Source: Salpingoeca rosetta
Taxonomy: Eukaryota; Protista; Choanoflagellata
Assembly (NCBI GenBank): GCA_033442325.1
Contig: JAWQFM010000011.1
Span: forward strand, 331,131 to 395,130
Length of the DNA: 64,000 nucleotides
Direction: 5' to 3'
Shown here: one piece after another, positions 16,967 through 36,625 of the stretch
How the letters are laid out: every line of letters begins with the position of its first letter
How positions within the stretch are numbered: position 1 is the first letter of the stretch
Translations under genes and position numbers: made by a program
The notes under the pieces: model-generated
What the model was told of the DNA's origin: nothing
The model's input: the letters and a program-made list of their open reading frames with translations, nothing else
The model's database searches: none

Positions 16967-17206
16967 GGCAACACACACACACGCGCGCAACGTCGTTGGG
17001 TATTCACAAGACCAGTCGCACAATGCATGGCGTCGTGCGTGTTCCGATTTCGCTCATTCGCTACCACCACGCCAACACGCCCTTGTTGCGCCTCTACAGT
17101 ATTTGCTGGCGCGGCTGCTGCACCACACAAACGCCAACAGCGAACTGCTTGCAGACCCGTTTGTGGAACTGCCGAGTCGTGAGGTGGGTGATAATTATTG
17201 TGTGTC

Positions 17207-17273
<67 letters not shown>

Positions 17274-18922
17274 CATGGCGATAGTGCTCACTTCCCCGTT
17301 TGTTGTTCATGCTGATATACTTACTCGTTCACATACCCACGAACACCTGCTTGCACAACATGTTCCCTCTCCCCTTCTCACCGCCTCCTCCCACGCCTGC
17401 ACTGCAGCTGTATGCGGACTACTACAACACCATCGCCGAGCCCGCCTGCCTAGCCGACGCCTACAAGATGATCACAGCGCACCGCACGTCCACGCAGGCC
17501 TCAGACGATGTCGAGTTTGTCAACTACGTGTGCCGCGTGTTCCTCAACGCGCAGGTGTACAACCAGGAGGGCACGGAGATTGTCGACGATGCAAAGGTGT
17601 GCGCTGCACGTGGCACGATGGTGTGCGCTCGGTTGAGGGTCACACGTCCGCCCGCCTACGGTTTAGACCACATTTGCTCACAAACTGGCAGTCACGAACA
17701 TACACGCGCTTGCACTTTTTCACGCTCGTGCGTGCACAAAATGTTCACACGTACACACCTTAACACGCTCACACATTCACACGTACAGACATTAACACGC
17801 TCACACATTCATACGCGCATATTTATCCACACACACACACATACGCACAGGCGCTGCATGCGCGGTTCCAGCGCGACGCAAACGAGTGCTACGCGCCGGC
17901 CATCGCCGTGCAGTGTCCCGGGCTCAAGCCGCTGCCGCTGCTGTCTGTGATTGGACTGCAGATGCTGACGGCGTTGCGAAAGGCAAAGGCGCGCGGGAGG
18001 AAAGCGCTCACCGACGAGTTCTGGTCGCTGCCAGACCCCGTTGAGATTGAGGTTGGTGATCGCTGGCGAGTGGTGCGGGCGTGGATAGCGATGCTGGTGC
18101 AACCCGCTGGTGTTGATGCTGCAACGAGTTTCTTGTGTTTGTTCGTTGTTTGGTGAGAAGTCGTTTGCATCTTGTGTCTTCGTTTGCTAATGTCGAAGGA
18201 CATGCTTTGCGCCCTCACCCCTCATCAACACCAACATCACTCCCTCACCAACCTCCACAACACAAACCATGCAGGATTACTACCGGCTGATCGAGAAGCC
18301 CATTGCGCTGTGCACCATCCACACTCGACTGCTTGGCTGCAAGTACGACACGCTTGCTGGTCTCGTTGACGACTTTAAGCTTCTCTTCCGCAACGCCCGC
18401 CTCTTCAACGAGCCCGGCACTCAGGTGACGCCATGGAAGGACAAGCCAGCGGAGGGGGGGGGGAAGGATCGCTGTGCTTTCAAGTAGTGGTGGTGGTGGC
18501 GGTGGTGGTGATTGTCGTGATAGCTTTGGTGGTGGTGCTGGTGGTTGACCTTGTGGTGTTCTGGCGCGTAACCTGGCTGTGGCGTATGTTGATGCTTGAT
18601 TCCCCTTGGTTCAGGTGCTGAAGGACTCGCTTGAGCTTGAGAAGCTGTTTGTGCAACACCTGCACGAGGTGAGTCGCTCAATGCTGTTGTCACTCCTGCT
18701 TGGAACACCTGGAACCTTCGTGACACCCGCCATGCAAACACACGCACGCGCGCTCAAACATACAACCTCACGTTGACATGTGCTTGCTGTCCATATGTCA
18801 TTGCAGGTGTGCACGTCGCACAACGTCGTGTCGCCAGCACTCAACTTCACCTACGAGTCCATGGTCGCCGAGTTTGAACAGGAGCAGGCAGACGTCAGTT
18901 GGTGCATGAGACAGGGACAGGC

Positions 18923-18954
<32 letters not shown>

Positions 18955-19525
18955 TGCGTGTTCGTGTGTTCGTGTGTGTACGTGTATTTACGTGTGTGTG
19001 TACGTGTGTGCACGTGTGTGTACGTGTGTATATTTTCTCTCTGTCAAACCACTGAACCTCACGTCATCATCACCACCACCACCATCAAAACAACAGGTGC
19101 TGTCTGTGATGCCCGTGGAATCGCTGGAGGAGAGCGAGGTGGCAGAGGAGCTTGGCGAGGCAGCCATCCCCACCACCACTGCCGGTGCTGCTGGCAAAGC
19201 GGCAGAGGAGGACAATGACAAGAAGAACGAAGAAGATGAGGCAACGGCAACGGAGGCGAAGGCGAAGGAGGGGAGTGGTGGTGACAGTGCAAGTGTCACC
19301 GTGAGCGCGGGGAAGACTGTCAAAGCCAACGACTACGTCCTCGTCTACAACCAGTTCGTTTCCTTGCATACGTCTTTGTTTATGTATGTGTGTGTGTGTA
19401 AGTGTGCGTGCGTAAATGTGTGTGTGCGTGTGTGCGTGTGCGTAAGTGTGTGTGTATGCGCGTTTTTGGGGGTGACCGCAAACACACGTGCATGTGTGCG
19501 TCTGCCCTTTCTCACCCTTTTATGG

Positions 19526-19564
<39 letters not shown>

Positions 19565-22500
19565 CGTGTGTGTTGATTAGGAGCAAGCCGTCAGCGCCGC
19601 ACGTCGCGTTGGTGGAGAAAGTGTGGAAGGACAAGGACGGCAACACCTTTGTCAAGTGCGTTTTTTCTTGATGTTCTCACACACGGTTCCACGCTGCATG
19701 TGTGTGTGTGTGTGTGGCGCGCGCACACCCCCCCCCCACTCACTCACACACGTCGACAAATCAACAAACAAACTCACACAAGTGCGTGCATTCACATGTT
19801 TGTATACTCTTACCCCTTGTGTTCAACCTGGGTGCAGCGTGACATACTTCTATCGGCCCGAGGAAACCTTCCACGTCCCCACGCGCACATTCTTTGAGAA
19901 CGAGGTGCGTGCGTGCATTGTTGCGTGCCTGCGTCTTGCATGCACAGGAAGTGGGCATGCACTGTGCCCCTTGAGTCAACATTTTGCAACAGCGTGCCTG
20001 CCTGCGCTGTACCCAAGAAAATGCTGATGATGGTCGTGACGTGTGTACATGTTTCTCTGTGTTCATGTGCGTGCGGACATATATGCATACATGTGTGCAT
20101 GGTATCAGGTTCTCGTTGCGCCCGATCGCTATGTGCATCCTCTGCGACACGTTTTGCGAAAGTGCCTCGTCCTTTACGTACGTGTGAATATGCGTCTGCT
20201 GTGCGCAATTGAGTGTGTGTGTGTGTGTGTGTGTGTGCATGTGATCGCGCGGAAACCGCTCTGTGCTCCTGTCATCGATCATTGACCCATGAACACCCAA
20301 ACACACGAACACATTTCCTGTTTGACTCTCGCGTCGACGCACTTTCAGTGCCCACTCATCACACTTGTGCACATCCACGACACGTACGCGCGGCAACATC
20401 ATCACCAACACCAACACCACCATCACCACCCTCCATGATGCGTTGCCAGGTTCGCGACTTTGCGAAGAACGACGTGCACGGGTTTTCGCCCAAGGACGTC
20501 TTCCTTGTCGAGTCGCGGTACAGTCCAAACGCAAAGAGCATCAAGCCCATCAAGCTGTGGAACAAGCCACAGCACCCGGTAGGTCGCCTCTTGGGGGAGG
20601 GGGGTGGTGTTGCCCTGTGGTCTGTGGTCTGTTGGCCTGTTGGTCTGTTGGCCTGTTGGTCTGTGTACTAGTTGCGCCTCAAACTACAGTATCATATCAG
20701 TTAACACGATAAATGCTGTTGTGCTTCCGCACTAACCACTGCCTCAACACACACACACACACACACACGCACGCACACGCACACACACACACACACTCTC
20801 TCTCTCTCTCTTTCATACACACAGGAGTTTTTGACGCCGCGGAAGCCGATTCCGCTGTCTTCTATTCCGAAAGTCAAGTCCATCTTCTTCGACGAGTACC
20901 AGGCACAACAGGAGGCCCGGCCGCGACGTAAGCAACACTCTGACACATGTGTGCTCGCCTCCTCATACACGCTTCACACACGCGCGCCCAACACACACAT
21001 GCACGCACTGCGCTCACATTGCCCCTCACGTGCTGTTGCCAATGTGTAGTTGACTTGGATGAGCGAAACGTGCAGCTTGAATCGCAGCCCGACCCGGCGC
21101 AGACGTTCTACAAGGTGCGCATGATCTGTGACGCATGTCGCTGCAATGAGGGCAAGCACGTGCTCCTCTCCGTGACAGCCAACCACCGCTTTCGCATCAT
21201 CACATGCACGCACACACCCCGCTCATTGTCTCGCCCCTCATATCCACCGTCCTACGTACCTGTCCTCCCCTGTCCCTGTTCCTTTGCCCAACCACCACCA
21301 CCACCACCGCTAGACGTTTTATCTCTCTGAGCGGCGGTTGGATATTGATGACTTTGTGTATGTGGAGAGGCGGAACGACAATATTGCCGTCTTCCGCATC
21401 CTGTCCATCTGGACTGACCAGCACCACGAGCCAACATTCGAAGGTTCGCTTGTTCAAGAAGAAGAAGGAGGAGGAGGAGGAGAAGAAGTTGTGCTGTGCT
21501 TTCCTGCCCTGTGGTATGCAATCCTGGGCATACTGTCATGTCTATTGTAGTGCTTCCTGCAGCCTTCTCAGCGCTGCTGCTGCCACTGCTTTGATTTCTT
21601 CCATTCCAAACTCACACGTCATCATCACCATGATGTTTCCCTGGGCGGCGCAGGAGAACGGTTCCGCATTCCGGCCAACACCATCCTCACAAAGCCGCAC
21701 GCCTTTTACAACCATGAACTCCTCAGAAGCGAGTGCGTATTGGCACCTTCGCACACACGCACGCACGCACGCACGCACACGCACACACACGCACACACAC
21801 ACACACACACGCACACACACGCACACACACACACACACAAACATACATACACACGTTCTCGTCCCTTTGCGATCATTCTGTGTTCTTACAATCCCTTGTC
21901 TCGCCTCGAGCGCCATCTCACCACAAGCTCGCTCGTGCCATTATCGCATCAACAGCGCGACAGAGGAAATCAGTGCTGTGCGCATCATCGGCAAGTGTTG
22001 CGTCTTCAACAAGAAGGTCCGAGTGCGTGTGTGCATGTGAATCAATTTATGTACGTATGTGTGTGCATTTGTCAATCTGTACAGATCTTCCAACCCACAT
22101 TCAAAAAGCACTTCCTCGACAATGCCCACCCTCGTTTCCCCTTTCTCTTCCGCTTCCTTTTGTCAATGTCTCACTCCCACCCATCCCCCACCCCTTTTCT
22201 TTGTTGGTGCGGTGCAGGACTACCAGCACCATGTTTCGCTCCCCGTGAGCTCTTCCGACACGTATCTGTGCCACGCAGATTACGAGGAGGCCACAGCTGC
22301 CATCACCCCTCAGCAGGTGACCCACTCGCGTTTAAACACGCACTCTCGCGCACACGCACGCGCACGCGCCTGTGTCTGTTGGTGTCAGTGTCATCTCATT
22401 GAGCCATCTCTACCGTACCCACAACATGAATTGTATCGCTCTCACACTTACACAACTGCACGCGCACGCACACACATGCCCGCGTGGTTCCAGGGAGCGC

Positions 22501-22605
22501 CGACGTACTCGCTTGAGACATTGGAGGAGTATGCGAAACCGTCACAGCCCATCGTGTTGATGAAGGTGTGTGTGTGTGTGTGTGTGGGTGTGGGTGTGGG
22601 TGTGG

Positions 22606-22637
<32 letters not shown>

Positions 22638-23215
22638 GGTTGCGCGCGTGTGCGTATTGTGCATGGCTTGCACTCGTGCTTGGCATTATACTTGAGTTAC
22701 TCACACCCACCTTCACACGCGGCTCACGTCGTGGCAGATGCCAAAGCAAGGTGGACCGCGTGTTGTGGTGAAGCCGCCCGCTGCCGAGGCAGAGGATGAA
22801 GGCGCATCAGCGGCGGCAGCAGCGGAAGAGGAGGCGGAAGCGAGAGGAGTGAAGCGTCGTGCCGAGCGAGAGGAGGAAGCGAGCGCAGCACGTGCATCAG
22901 CAGAGCGGGACGCGGCGTCGCCGCGCGTCAAGGGAGGCAGCGCCCGCGCGGCAGGCGAAGCGGACACATCGTCCACTATGGGTGATGATGCTGAAGATGA
23001 GGAGGAGGCGGACGAAGAAGGAGAAGAGGAGGGAGGGGAGGACGAGAGTCCACAGGCCAAGCGTGCTAAGCGTGACAGCCAGGTTTCTGGCTGGAGGCCA
23101 CTGCCTCCACAAAGTCCGCTCGGCAAGGCGAAGGAAGCGCGCGAATCAAGCAAGCCGTTCACCTCGCAGGCCACGAAATATGTCATCTCAGGCTATGGCC
23201 TCTTCAGCAGAGGTT

Positions 23216-23250
<35 letters not shown>

Positions 23251-24473
23251 AATTGCTTGCCGCCTTGCTCGTTTTCTCTGCCGAGCCCGTGTACTCAATC
23301 AACGTTTGCATGCAACCCTCCACATGCGTGTGCGCGCGCTTACCAGAGGAGCGGCGGCGCGTGCGGTCTGTGGATCCGACAATCCGTCTCCGCACATCAG
23401 ACATCACACGCGCGTGGAATGCCCTGTCAGATGCAGACCGCGACGCCTTCAACCACCGCGCAGCTGTGGTACGTGTCGTCTTGGGTGACTTTCGCCTTAT
23501 GCAATGGCCCGTCACTGTCTGATATGTATGCTTTGTTGTGTCTGTTTCCCTCTTCATGACCGCCTCTGTCTGCCCGCCTGCCCGTTCGTTTCTGTACATC
23601 TGTGTCTGTCTCTCTGCCTTTGCGTATTGATGCCGGCTTCATGAGAACCAACCTCACACATCCCATCTCTTTCATTCTCCCCACCCTGTATGTCTGCTGT
23701 TGAGCAGAACCTGCAACGAAGAGAAGCCAAACGGTAGGCTGCACAATAACCCTCCTTGCTTTTTCTGCCTGTGAACATGCTGGCCCGTGTCCTTATCCCC
23801 CTCCCCAAGTTGCTGCTGTGCTGCTGTGCCCGAGCACACATCTACGCGTAGACACATGCGTGATCCTTTCCATTCCCACTCCCGCTTCCCCGCCTTCAAA
23901 CGCTCCTCACTTACGCTCTGCTCTGACTGCCTGACACGCCACATCCGTTTCATTGCATGTGCGCCGCGTTCTTGTGTCTCAACCAGCGGAACCAGCACTC
24001 CGCAGCGGCCGGCAACGCCCTCGCACCCGCTCGCACAGGAACACACAGCCGCACACCAGGCCCAGCAGCAACAAGAACAGCACGAACAGCAGCAACAGCA
24101 GAAGCATCAGCAGCAACAACAAGAGCTGCAGCAGCGACAAGCCGCGATGGCCGCGTCGTCTGTGCTGCAGCGCGTGTATGGGGATGCTGGTCGGCCCTCG
24201 CACGAACCGCCCGCTGCAGGTGTTGCATACTCAAAGGAGTACGTGTCGCACTTGCAGTCGCCGCAGGATGAGGGAACAACAGCTGCTGCAGCCAGTGGTG
24301 GTGCTGGCAATGGTAGCACGCCCATGCGTGGGTATGGCATGAACGGGGCCGTTCAAGAACACGACCACATCCCACCGGAGGCAAGGCCAGATATGAACAA
24401 AGTGGTTGAGCTCTTCTCGGTCATGTCACAGCTCTTTCACGAAGGCAAGGATCCCACGACTGCCTGGTCGTGA
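12178..24473 (+). CDS. PBRM1: Polybromo-1/BAF180-like chromatin-remodelling subunit (5 bromodomains, 2 BAH, HMG box), many short exons
   Basis: Bromo motifs: LPTKKELPVYYDVISKPVDM..NAFEFN (12598-12783); LPEYYEVISKPMDI..NAKTFN (13920-14235); PMYYDTISKPICL..NAKEYNEPGS (15721-16100); YADYYNTIAEPACL..NAQVYN (17408-17595); DYYRLIEKPIAL..NARLFNEPGT (18275-18424). BAH1: DYVLVYN..VEKVWKD..YFYRPEETFH. BAH2: DDFVYVER..IIGKCCV. HMG: SGYGLFS..AWNALSDADRDAF. Stop 24471-24473. Confidence 0.92.
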
Positions 24474-24527
24474 AGCAGGCAATAGCGCGCCCTGTTTTTC
24501 TTTTTACAGCTGAACTCCCATATGTCT

Positions 24528-24592
<65 letters not shown>

Positions 24593-25113
24593 TGTGTGTT
24601 GGCCCCTTCCCTTTCCCTTTCCTTTTTCTTTGTTCGTTGTACTGGACATTGCTTGTGTTGCTTTTGTCCGTGTTGGAGCGCAACCGCGTCCTCTTCCTTC
24701 GTCGTCTTTCTCTGCTGTACAAATAATGGATTGTGGCCGTGTGTGTGTGTGTGACTTGACCACCTCAGAAACTAGCGCGCCAAGTGCTGTTCGTTCCTTG
24801 GGTGTTCGTTCCATGTGCCTTGTGAGGCCACGTTGGCTGTTTTGTTGGATTGGTGTTTACTCAGTCAGTCTGCAGGAATTTCAACTCAATGAACACAACT
24901 CAACCAATCATGACCAAGTCGCTCCTCACTCAACACATCATCGCTCAGCCACCACCTCTCGCAAGCACAACGAAGGGAAACACAGTCATGCAATTGCACA
25001 ATCACCGAGAACATGCATGTTCATGGAACCCACATGGCCAATACCTCCGTGCTCACCATGGCACGCACCACACACACACACATGAACACCCCTCAGTTCT
25101 CATTCATCCTTGT

Positions 25114-26872
25114 TCAGTGTTCACCCTCTTCCTTGCTCAAGCAAAGGAAGTCTGACGTTTGACGAATGGGCTTGACGGGAATGATGCGGCGAGCAATGCG
25201 ATGAGAGGAGCTGTCTGCTGCTGTCTCGTCCTCAGTGGTGTTGACCTGCTGCTTTGTTGCCGCTGCGGTGGTGCTGGACGGCTCTGCTGTTGTTGCGTTG
25301 ACGACAGGGCGTGTGTTTGCGCTGGGCGCTGCCATGGCAACAGGTGCCTTTTCCGTCTTGGCCACACACGCATCGCTGCGCTCCGCGCTGAACGACGTCA
25401 CGGTGCGGAAGGGGTCGGATGTCTTCTTGTCCTTGGGCGCTGTTGTTGCAGCGGGAGCAGCAAGGGCTGGTGATGCAGTATCGTTGAGCTTCATCCACAC
25501 GGGTGCCTGCCAGGGGTCGTTGCATGGGCTCGTGCTGTGGGACAGCGCAACGTGGCTGCTGCTGCTGCTACCCTGTGTAGCAGATGCTGCTGGCTCGTGG
25601 CTCTCAAAGGTCTCCCACTGCGACAGGTTGATGGCCTTCTCCACATCGCGCTGCTCCTGCTGGTTCATTGCTGTCACCTCTTGCTCGTGTGTCATGAGAG
25701 ATTCTGCGAGCGCACGTGCGAGGTCGGGATCCTCGCTGTCCACACCACCAGCAACACCAGCAACGCCGATGGGCACGGGGCTCTGTGTTGTGGCGGGTGC
25801 GCTGACGGATGTGGCAAGCGGCGTGGCGCGCGTGCTTGTGGCCGCTGTCGTCACGGATGTGGACATTGGCGAGGGCGTTGGTGTTGCCGACGACATGCGA
25901 GCAGGCGTGCCAGAGCGGCCACCAATTGGAAGTGGGCTGGCGGTGGTGTCACGCGCGCCGGTGACGAATGTGGGCGTGTAGCGGTCCGTGGCTGCTGATG
26001 ATGTCGCGCTTGGGGAAGTAGTGCGCATCATGGGGCTGGCGCAACGGCTGCTGGGCAGCGAGCAAGGCTGGACAACATCCTTGGCTATTGGTTTGAGGTG
26101 AGGGGGGTGGGACAGGTGGATTGAGAAACAAGGGATGGGTGGATTCGCGTGAGTTGGGAGTTGGGAATGCAGCGATACGAGGCAGCGTGTGGCTGAGCAT
26201 GTGAAGCTGTGATGCAGAAGAGCAGCTCGGCAGTGTGTTTGAGCAACTCTGTCTTTGCGATTGTGCGTGTGTGTGAGAATGTGTGTGAGAATGTGTGTGT
26301 GTGGGGGGGGGGGATCATTGAGCGGCCATTCGAAAGGTGCTCACCGATGCTGGAGTCCATGCCACGCTCCAAGAGTTCTGTGAGGGTCTTAGTTTGGGGC
26401 TCTGAGTCCTCTTCCTCAAGTAGGTCTTGCTCAAGGCCCCACGCCTGCGCTCCGGGCGCTGTTGTCTTGCGCGTTTCGTTGAAGAGCGACAGCTCTGCCA
26501 TGGACGGGCGCTGAGCCACTGTTGACAGACAGGTGCATGGAGGAAACGTGTGTTTGGGAAGAGAAGGAATGCGTGGCGGTTGGGCAGATTTGGGTGAGTA
26601 ACGAAGATGGCATGGCCAAGCAAGGGGGCGTGCTTGACTGCGATGCACCAACGATTTACATGAAGCAGAAATGGCGCGGTCGAACGAGTGCATTTGCACG
26701 CACACGCACATGCGCATACGTATCAAGTACATGTGCAGACACACACACACACGCACACACACACACGCACACAAACACACACACAAACACACACACACAC
26801 ACAAACACACACCAACACAAACACACAAACACACACACACATTAACAAACACACACAAACACACACAAACAA

Positions 26873-26903
<31 letters not shown>

Positions 26904-27967
26904 CGTAGCTTGTACTCACGCTTTGGGTGTGCCGGGCGGGCGAGCTGCTGGTGGAACGCCTCGCGTTTCTCGTAGAGCGTGTGGAGATCCTCGGCAGCAG
27001 AGTCGTTGAAGAAGTTGACCCACACATCGCGGTGCGCAGCCATCTTGCAGCGCAGGGTCACGTGTGACTTTGGCCCCAGGGTGAGGCGGAACACGTTGTC
27101 GGGGAGGGAGGGCAGGATCTGCGCAGTGACCTCGGAGAGAGCGCGTGGTGGCACGGCGAGCGTCTCTGAGCTGAGCTTGGAGACGGTGAGGACAACGACG
27201 TTGCCAAAGATGGACAGGCGCAGCGGCTGGTGCTTGCTGATCTTGCTGAGGGTCTTGCACTTGTGCTTGAAGACGACCTCGCTGCGGATCACGGGGCCTG
27301 CCTCTGTGACGACGTCCGGGGTGATGCCGCGGAACTGCTTGGAGGATGGCACGACCAGGCGCTTTGTGATGCACTCCTGTGCAACGAGGAGCCTGGAGTT
27401 GGTGGAGAAGTCCTCTGCGGTGGCGACGGCGGCGCTGATGCGCTTGCGCAGCTGGAGCAGGTCCTCGCGTGCGCGGTCGCCCTCGGGGAGGAAGCGGGCA
27501 ATGTCCCAGAGGAACTCCGTGATGTGGGTCATGGTGTACCAGATGGCGTTGACGCAGTTGACGGCGCGCAGGGCGTTGTTGAGGATGGCGTTTGTGGACT
27601 CGCCGCGCTTGATGGACTTGGTGGTGGTGATGACGTGGGCGTTGTACTTGATGGCGGCGATGATGCTGACGTGCGGGCCTGCCAGCGTCTGCAGGGCCTG
27701 CTTGTAGTCCTGCTCGCTGGCAAGGAGGATGCCAACGACGACGGGGTGCGAGGCCTGCTGCCCGCCCTTGTGGCTGAGGCTCTTGTACACCTTCTCGGCC
27801 CACTCGCCGGAGCGGGAGATGTACTGGATCTTGGTGGCGTGCTCGAGACCGAGCAGGTTTCCTTGGCAGAGCTTGCGCATGAGACGGGTGGCTTTTGCCG
27901 TATGGGCACACACGTTCATGAGCTGGCGAACAGCCTCACTGTACGAAGACACGCCTTGCTGCGACAT
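25114..27967 (-). CDS. Degenerate DH-PH-like protein with two UIM motifs
   Basis: Exons 27967-26920, 26518-26345, 26084-25114 join in frame. PH-like C-terminal helix VTLRCKMAAHRDVWVNFF follows a helical DH-like region (FLPEGDRAREDL). UIM-like SEDPDLARALAESL and QEQRDVEKAINLS. Confidence 0.6.
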
Positions 27968-28028
27968 GGTTGGCTTGGGGGAGGGGGGACGGGGGAGGGT
28001 GTGTGAGGGTGTTGCTGGTTCTTGTTGG

Positions 28029-28086
28029 TTTTGCTGGTTGCACTTGCTGACTGGTCTTTTTGCTGGTTGCACTTGCTGACTGGTCT
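28029..28086. repeat. 29-bp tandem duplication (2 copies), upstream of the DH-PH gene
   Basis: ttttgctggttgcacttgctgactggtct x2. Confidence 0.9.
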
Positions 28087-28097
28087 CGTTGCTCGCC

Positions 28098-28223
<126 letters not shown>

Positions 28224-28360
28224 AAGGGAAGGGATGTCGATGTGTGGTTGGTTGGATGAATGCAGGTCGTCCAACAGACAGACAGACAGACAGACTTGGA
28301 TGAGTTGGGGGTTTGTTCTCTGCTTGCTTCTTCTTTTTCTTGTCTGGCTCTTCGTGGTCC

Positions 28361-28396
<36 letters not shown>

Positions 28397-29033
28397 TGTG
28401 CGTGCGTGTGGTTTATGCTCTTCTTGGTGGTTGTCGTGTGTGTGACGTCGTCATGTGTGCTGCGTGTGTTGTCTGTGTTTGGTTCTGGAATGCGCGGAGT
28501 GCGCGCTTTCCATGTTTGGTCCGTGTGCACCCTCATTGCCTGTGCCTTGCTTCTTTGACAGTCACCGTTGGTGTGTGTGTTGGTCGCAGCAGCAGCGTTT
28601 TGGCGTTTGTTGTGGTTGCTTGTTGTGCTTGTCGTGTGTGTGTTTGGTCAGTGGCGTTTTTGGTGGCGAAGTATTTCGTCAGGAATTTGCCGTGACGATG
28701 CAACTCCTACCTGTGTGTTTTGTCAGGTGGCGTTGGCAAACGTTGGCGCCTGCCTTTCCGCATTCCAACCAAAACGAAAGGCACGCAGCGCCAAGGCAAG
28801 GGCAAGTTGGAGTAGGGGAATGAATGAATGCAGTGCGAGGGAGAGTGTGTGTGTGTGAGCAACCACCAACCACACGACCACAACCAACCAAACAACCAAG
28901 GAACCAAACAACAAGGAACAGCGCCGCTTTCTTGCTTGCTTGCTTGCTTGCCTCGCCGTGTACACAGGCTCGCCGACACTCACCGCGACCAGCCCTCCCA
29001 TTCAAGCAAGAGGAAGTGGCAAAACGACAGTCG

Positions 29034-29075
<42 letters not shown>

Positions 29076-29155
29076 CGCTGCGCACACAAACACACGCATC
29101 CACGCACGCATCCACGACAGCAAGGCAAAGCAACCCTCCTGAAGCAAGGTTTGAG

Positions 29156-35165
<6,010 letters not shown>

Positions 35166-36388
35166 CCAAGCAAGCATCCTTTGTCCTGCTTGCAGGCACG
35201 TGCTAAGGCTCACGGCGCCTCTCTTCGTTACAGTGCTGTTGGTTTCCCCATCCGTTGATGGGTTCTGCTCTCACAGCACACGTCCTTGTTCGTCACTTGT
35301 CAAAAGCCATGTTTAATTGCCCGCTCGCTATCTTCGCTTGTTGGATTTCCTCCCTTCCATTCCAAATACTGTATGTACATATTCGTGACACACACCTGCT
35401 CTGACACTTCCTCTCCGCCTTGAATTGCTCATGTTTTTGGGCTGTTGTTTGATGGGTGGGTGTATGAACCGTTGTTAGGCAACAGAATTGTGCTTGTTCA
35501 TCTGTGTGCATGCCTGCCCTGATTCGATTGTTTTGGTCTCACACACGACAATAATGAGACAAGAAAGCACCAGTAACGAACGAGAGTCTCGCAACAATAA
35601 TTGGGAGGAGCCAGCGCAACACCCAACAGTGGTCATGTCATGATCGTGTTACACAACACCCTGTGCAAGGTATCCACGAAGCAAGCGCACCCTTACAAGC
35701 GCGTGATGATGTGTGCGGTGCTGCTATTGCTACACTGCTTTCGATTTGATTTGCTTGCGGTTGAACGTTGTTTTATGCAATTGGGGCGGGGCAAACAACA
35801 GGTGCAAAGAGGGAATGGGGGTGTTTCGACGACGCTAAGGGGGAAATGATGATGCAAGATGAAACGGGGAGCGAAAAAGAGGGAAAGAAAGAGGTATCAT
35901 GTCAAGCAAGAGAGAGAAGTGCAACGCTCGGAACAACAGAGTTCAGAACAGGTCTCAATTACAAGAGAGAGAGTAGAGAGTAGAGAGGGGGAGGGAGAAT
36001 CAGCCACAACATTAGGAACAACGCATCAGAAACATCAAAGGAATGGCGTGCATGTATCATGTATCAAGCGAGCACACGATATGACAGCGCACAACATCCA
36101 AACGCTAGATGACACAGGTGTTTGCGCCATCGCAAGTCCACAGAAAACAGCACCTGACGCACCAGATATTGCACACAGGCACAGGCGTGCAACAACAGGG
36201 CTTGCTGCAGCCTGTTTTACAATAACAGTTCAAACACTTCTCTAAGAAAACGAATAAAGTGCAGCCGCAACGGGTGAATGATTACGTTACGGCACACGCA
36301 CACGCACACGCACACGCACACGCACACGTACGCGCACACGCACACGTACGCGAGCACTCAAACATATGGAGCCATGTGCCACACGGCG

Positions 36389-36583
36389 TTACGTCATGAC
36401 ACGCACTGCCGGCTCTTCCTCAAACTCGTCTTGCGTGTCTTCTTCCAGCTCTTGCAACCGCTTCGTAGGCAGCGTGCTCTTCACCCAGTCCGACATGTTG
36501 AACGAAAACGCGCCCAGTGTGGTGATCCATTCGTGGCCCTTGAGTAACTCCAGGCTCATGCGGTCCTTCGCCTTCTTATGCAG

Positions 36584-36625
<42 letters not shown>

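Noticed and set aside
26979-28006. Long antisense ORFs over GC-rich exons (also 56290-57519, 61949-62881, 45944-46570)
   Set aside because: Shadow ORFs expected from high GC3 coding sequence on the other strand
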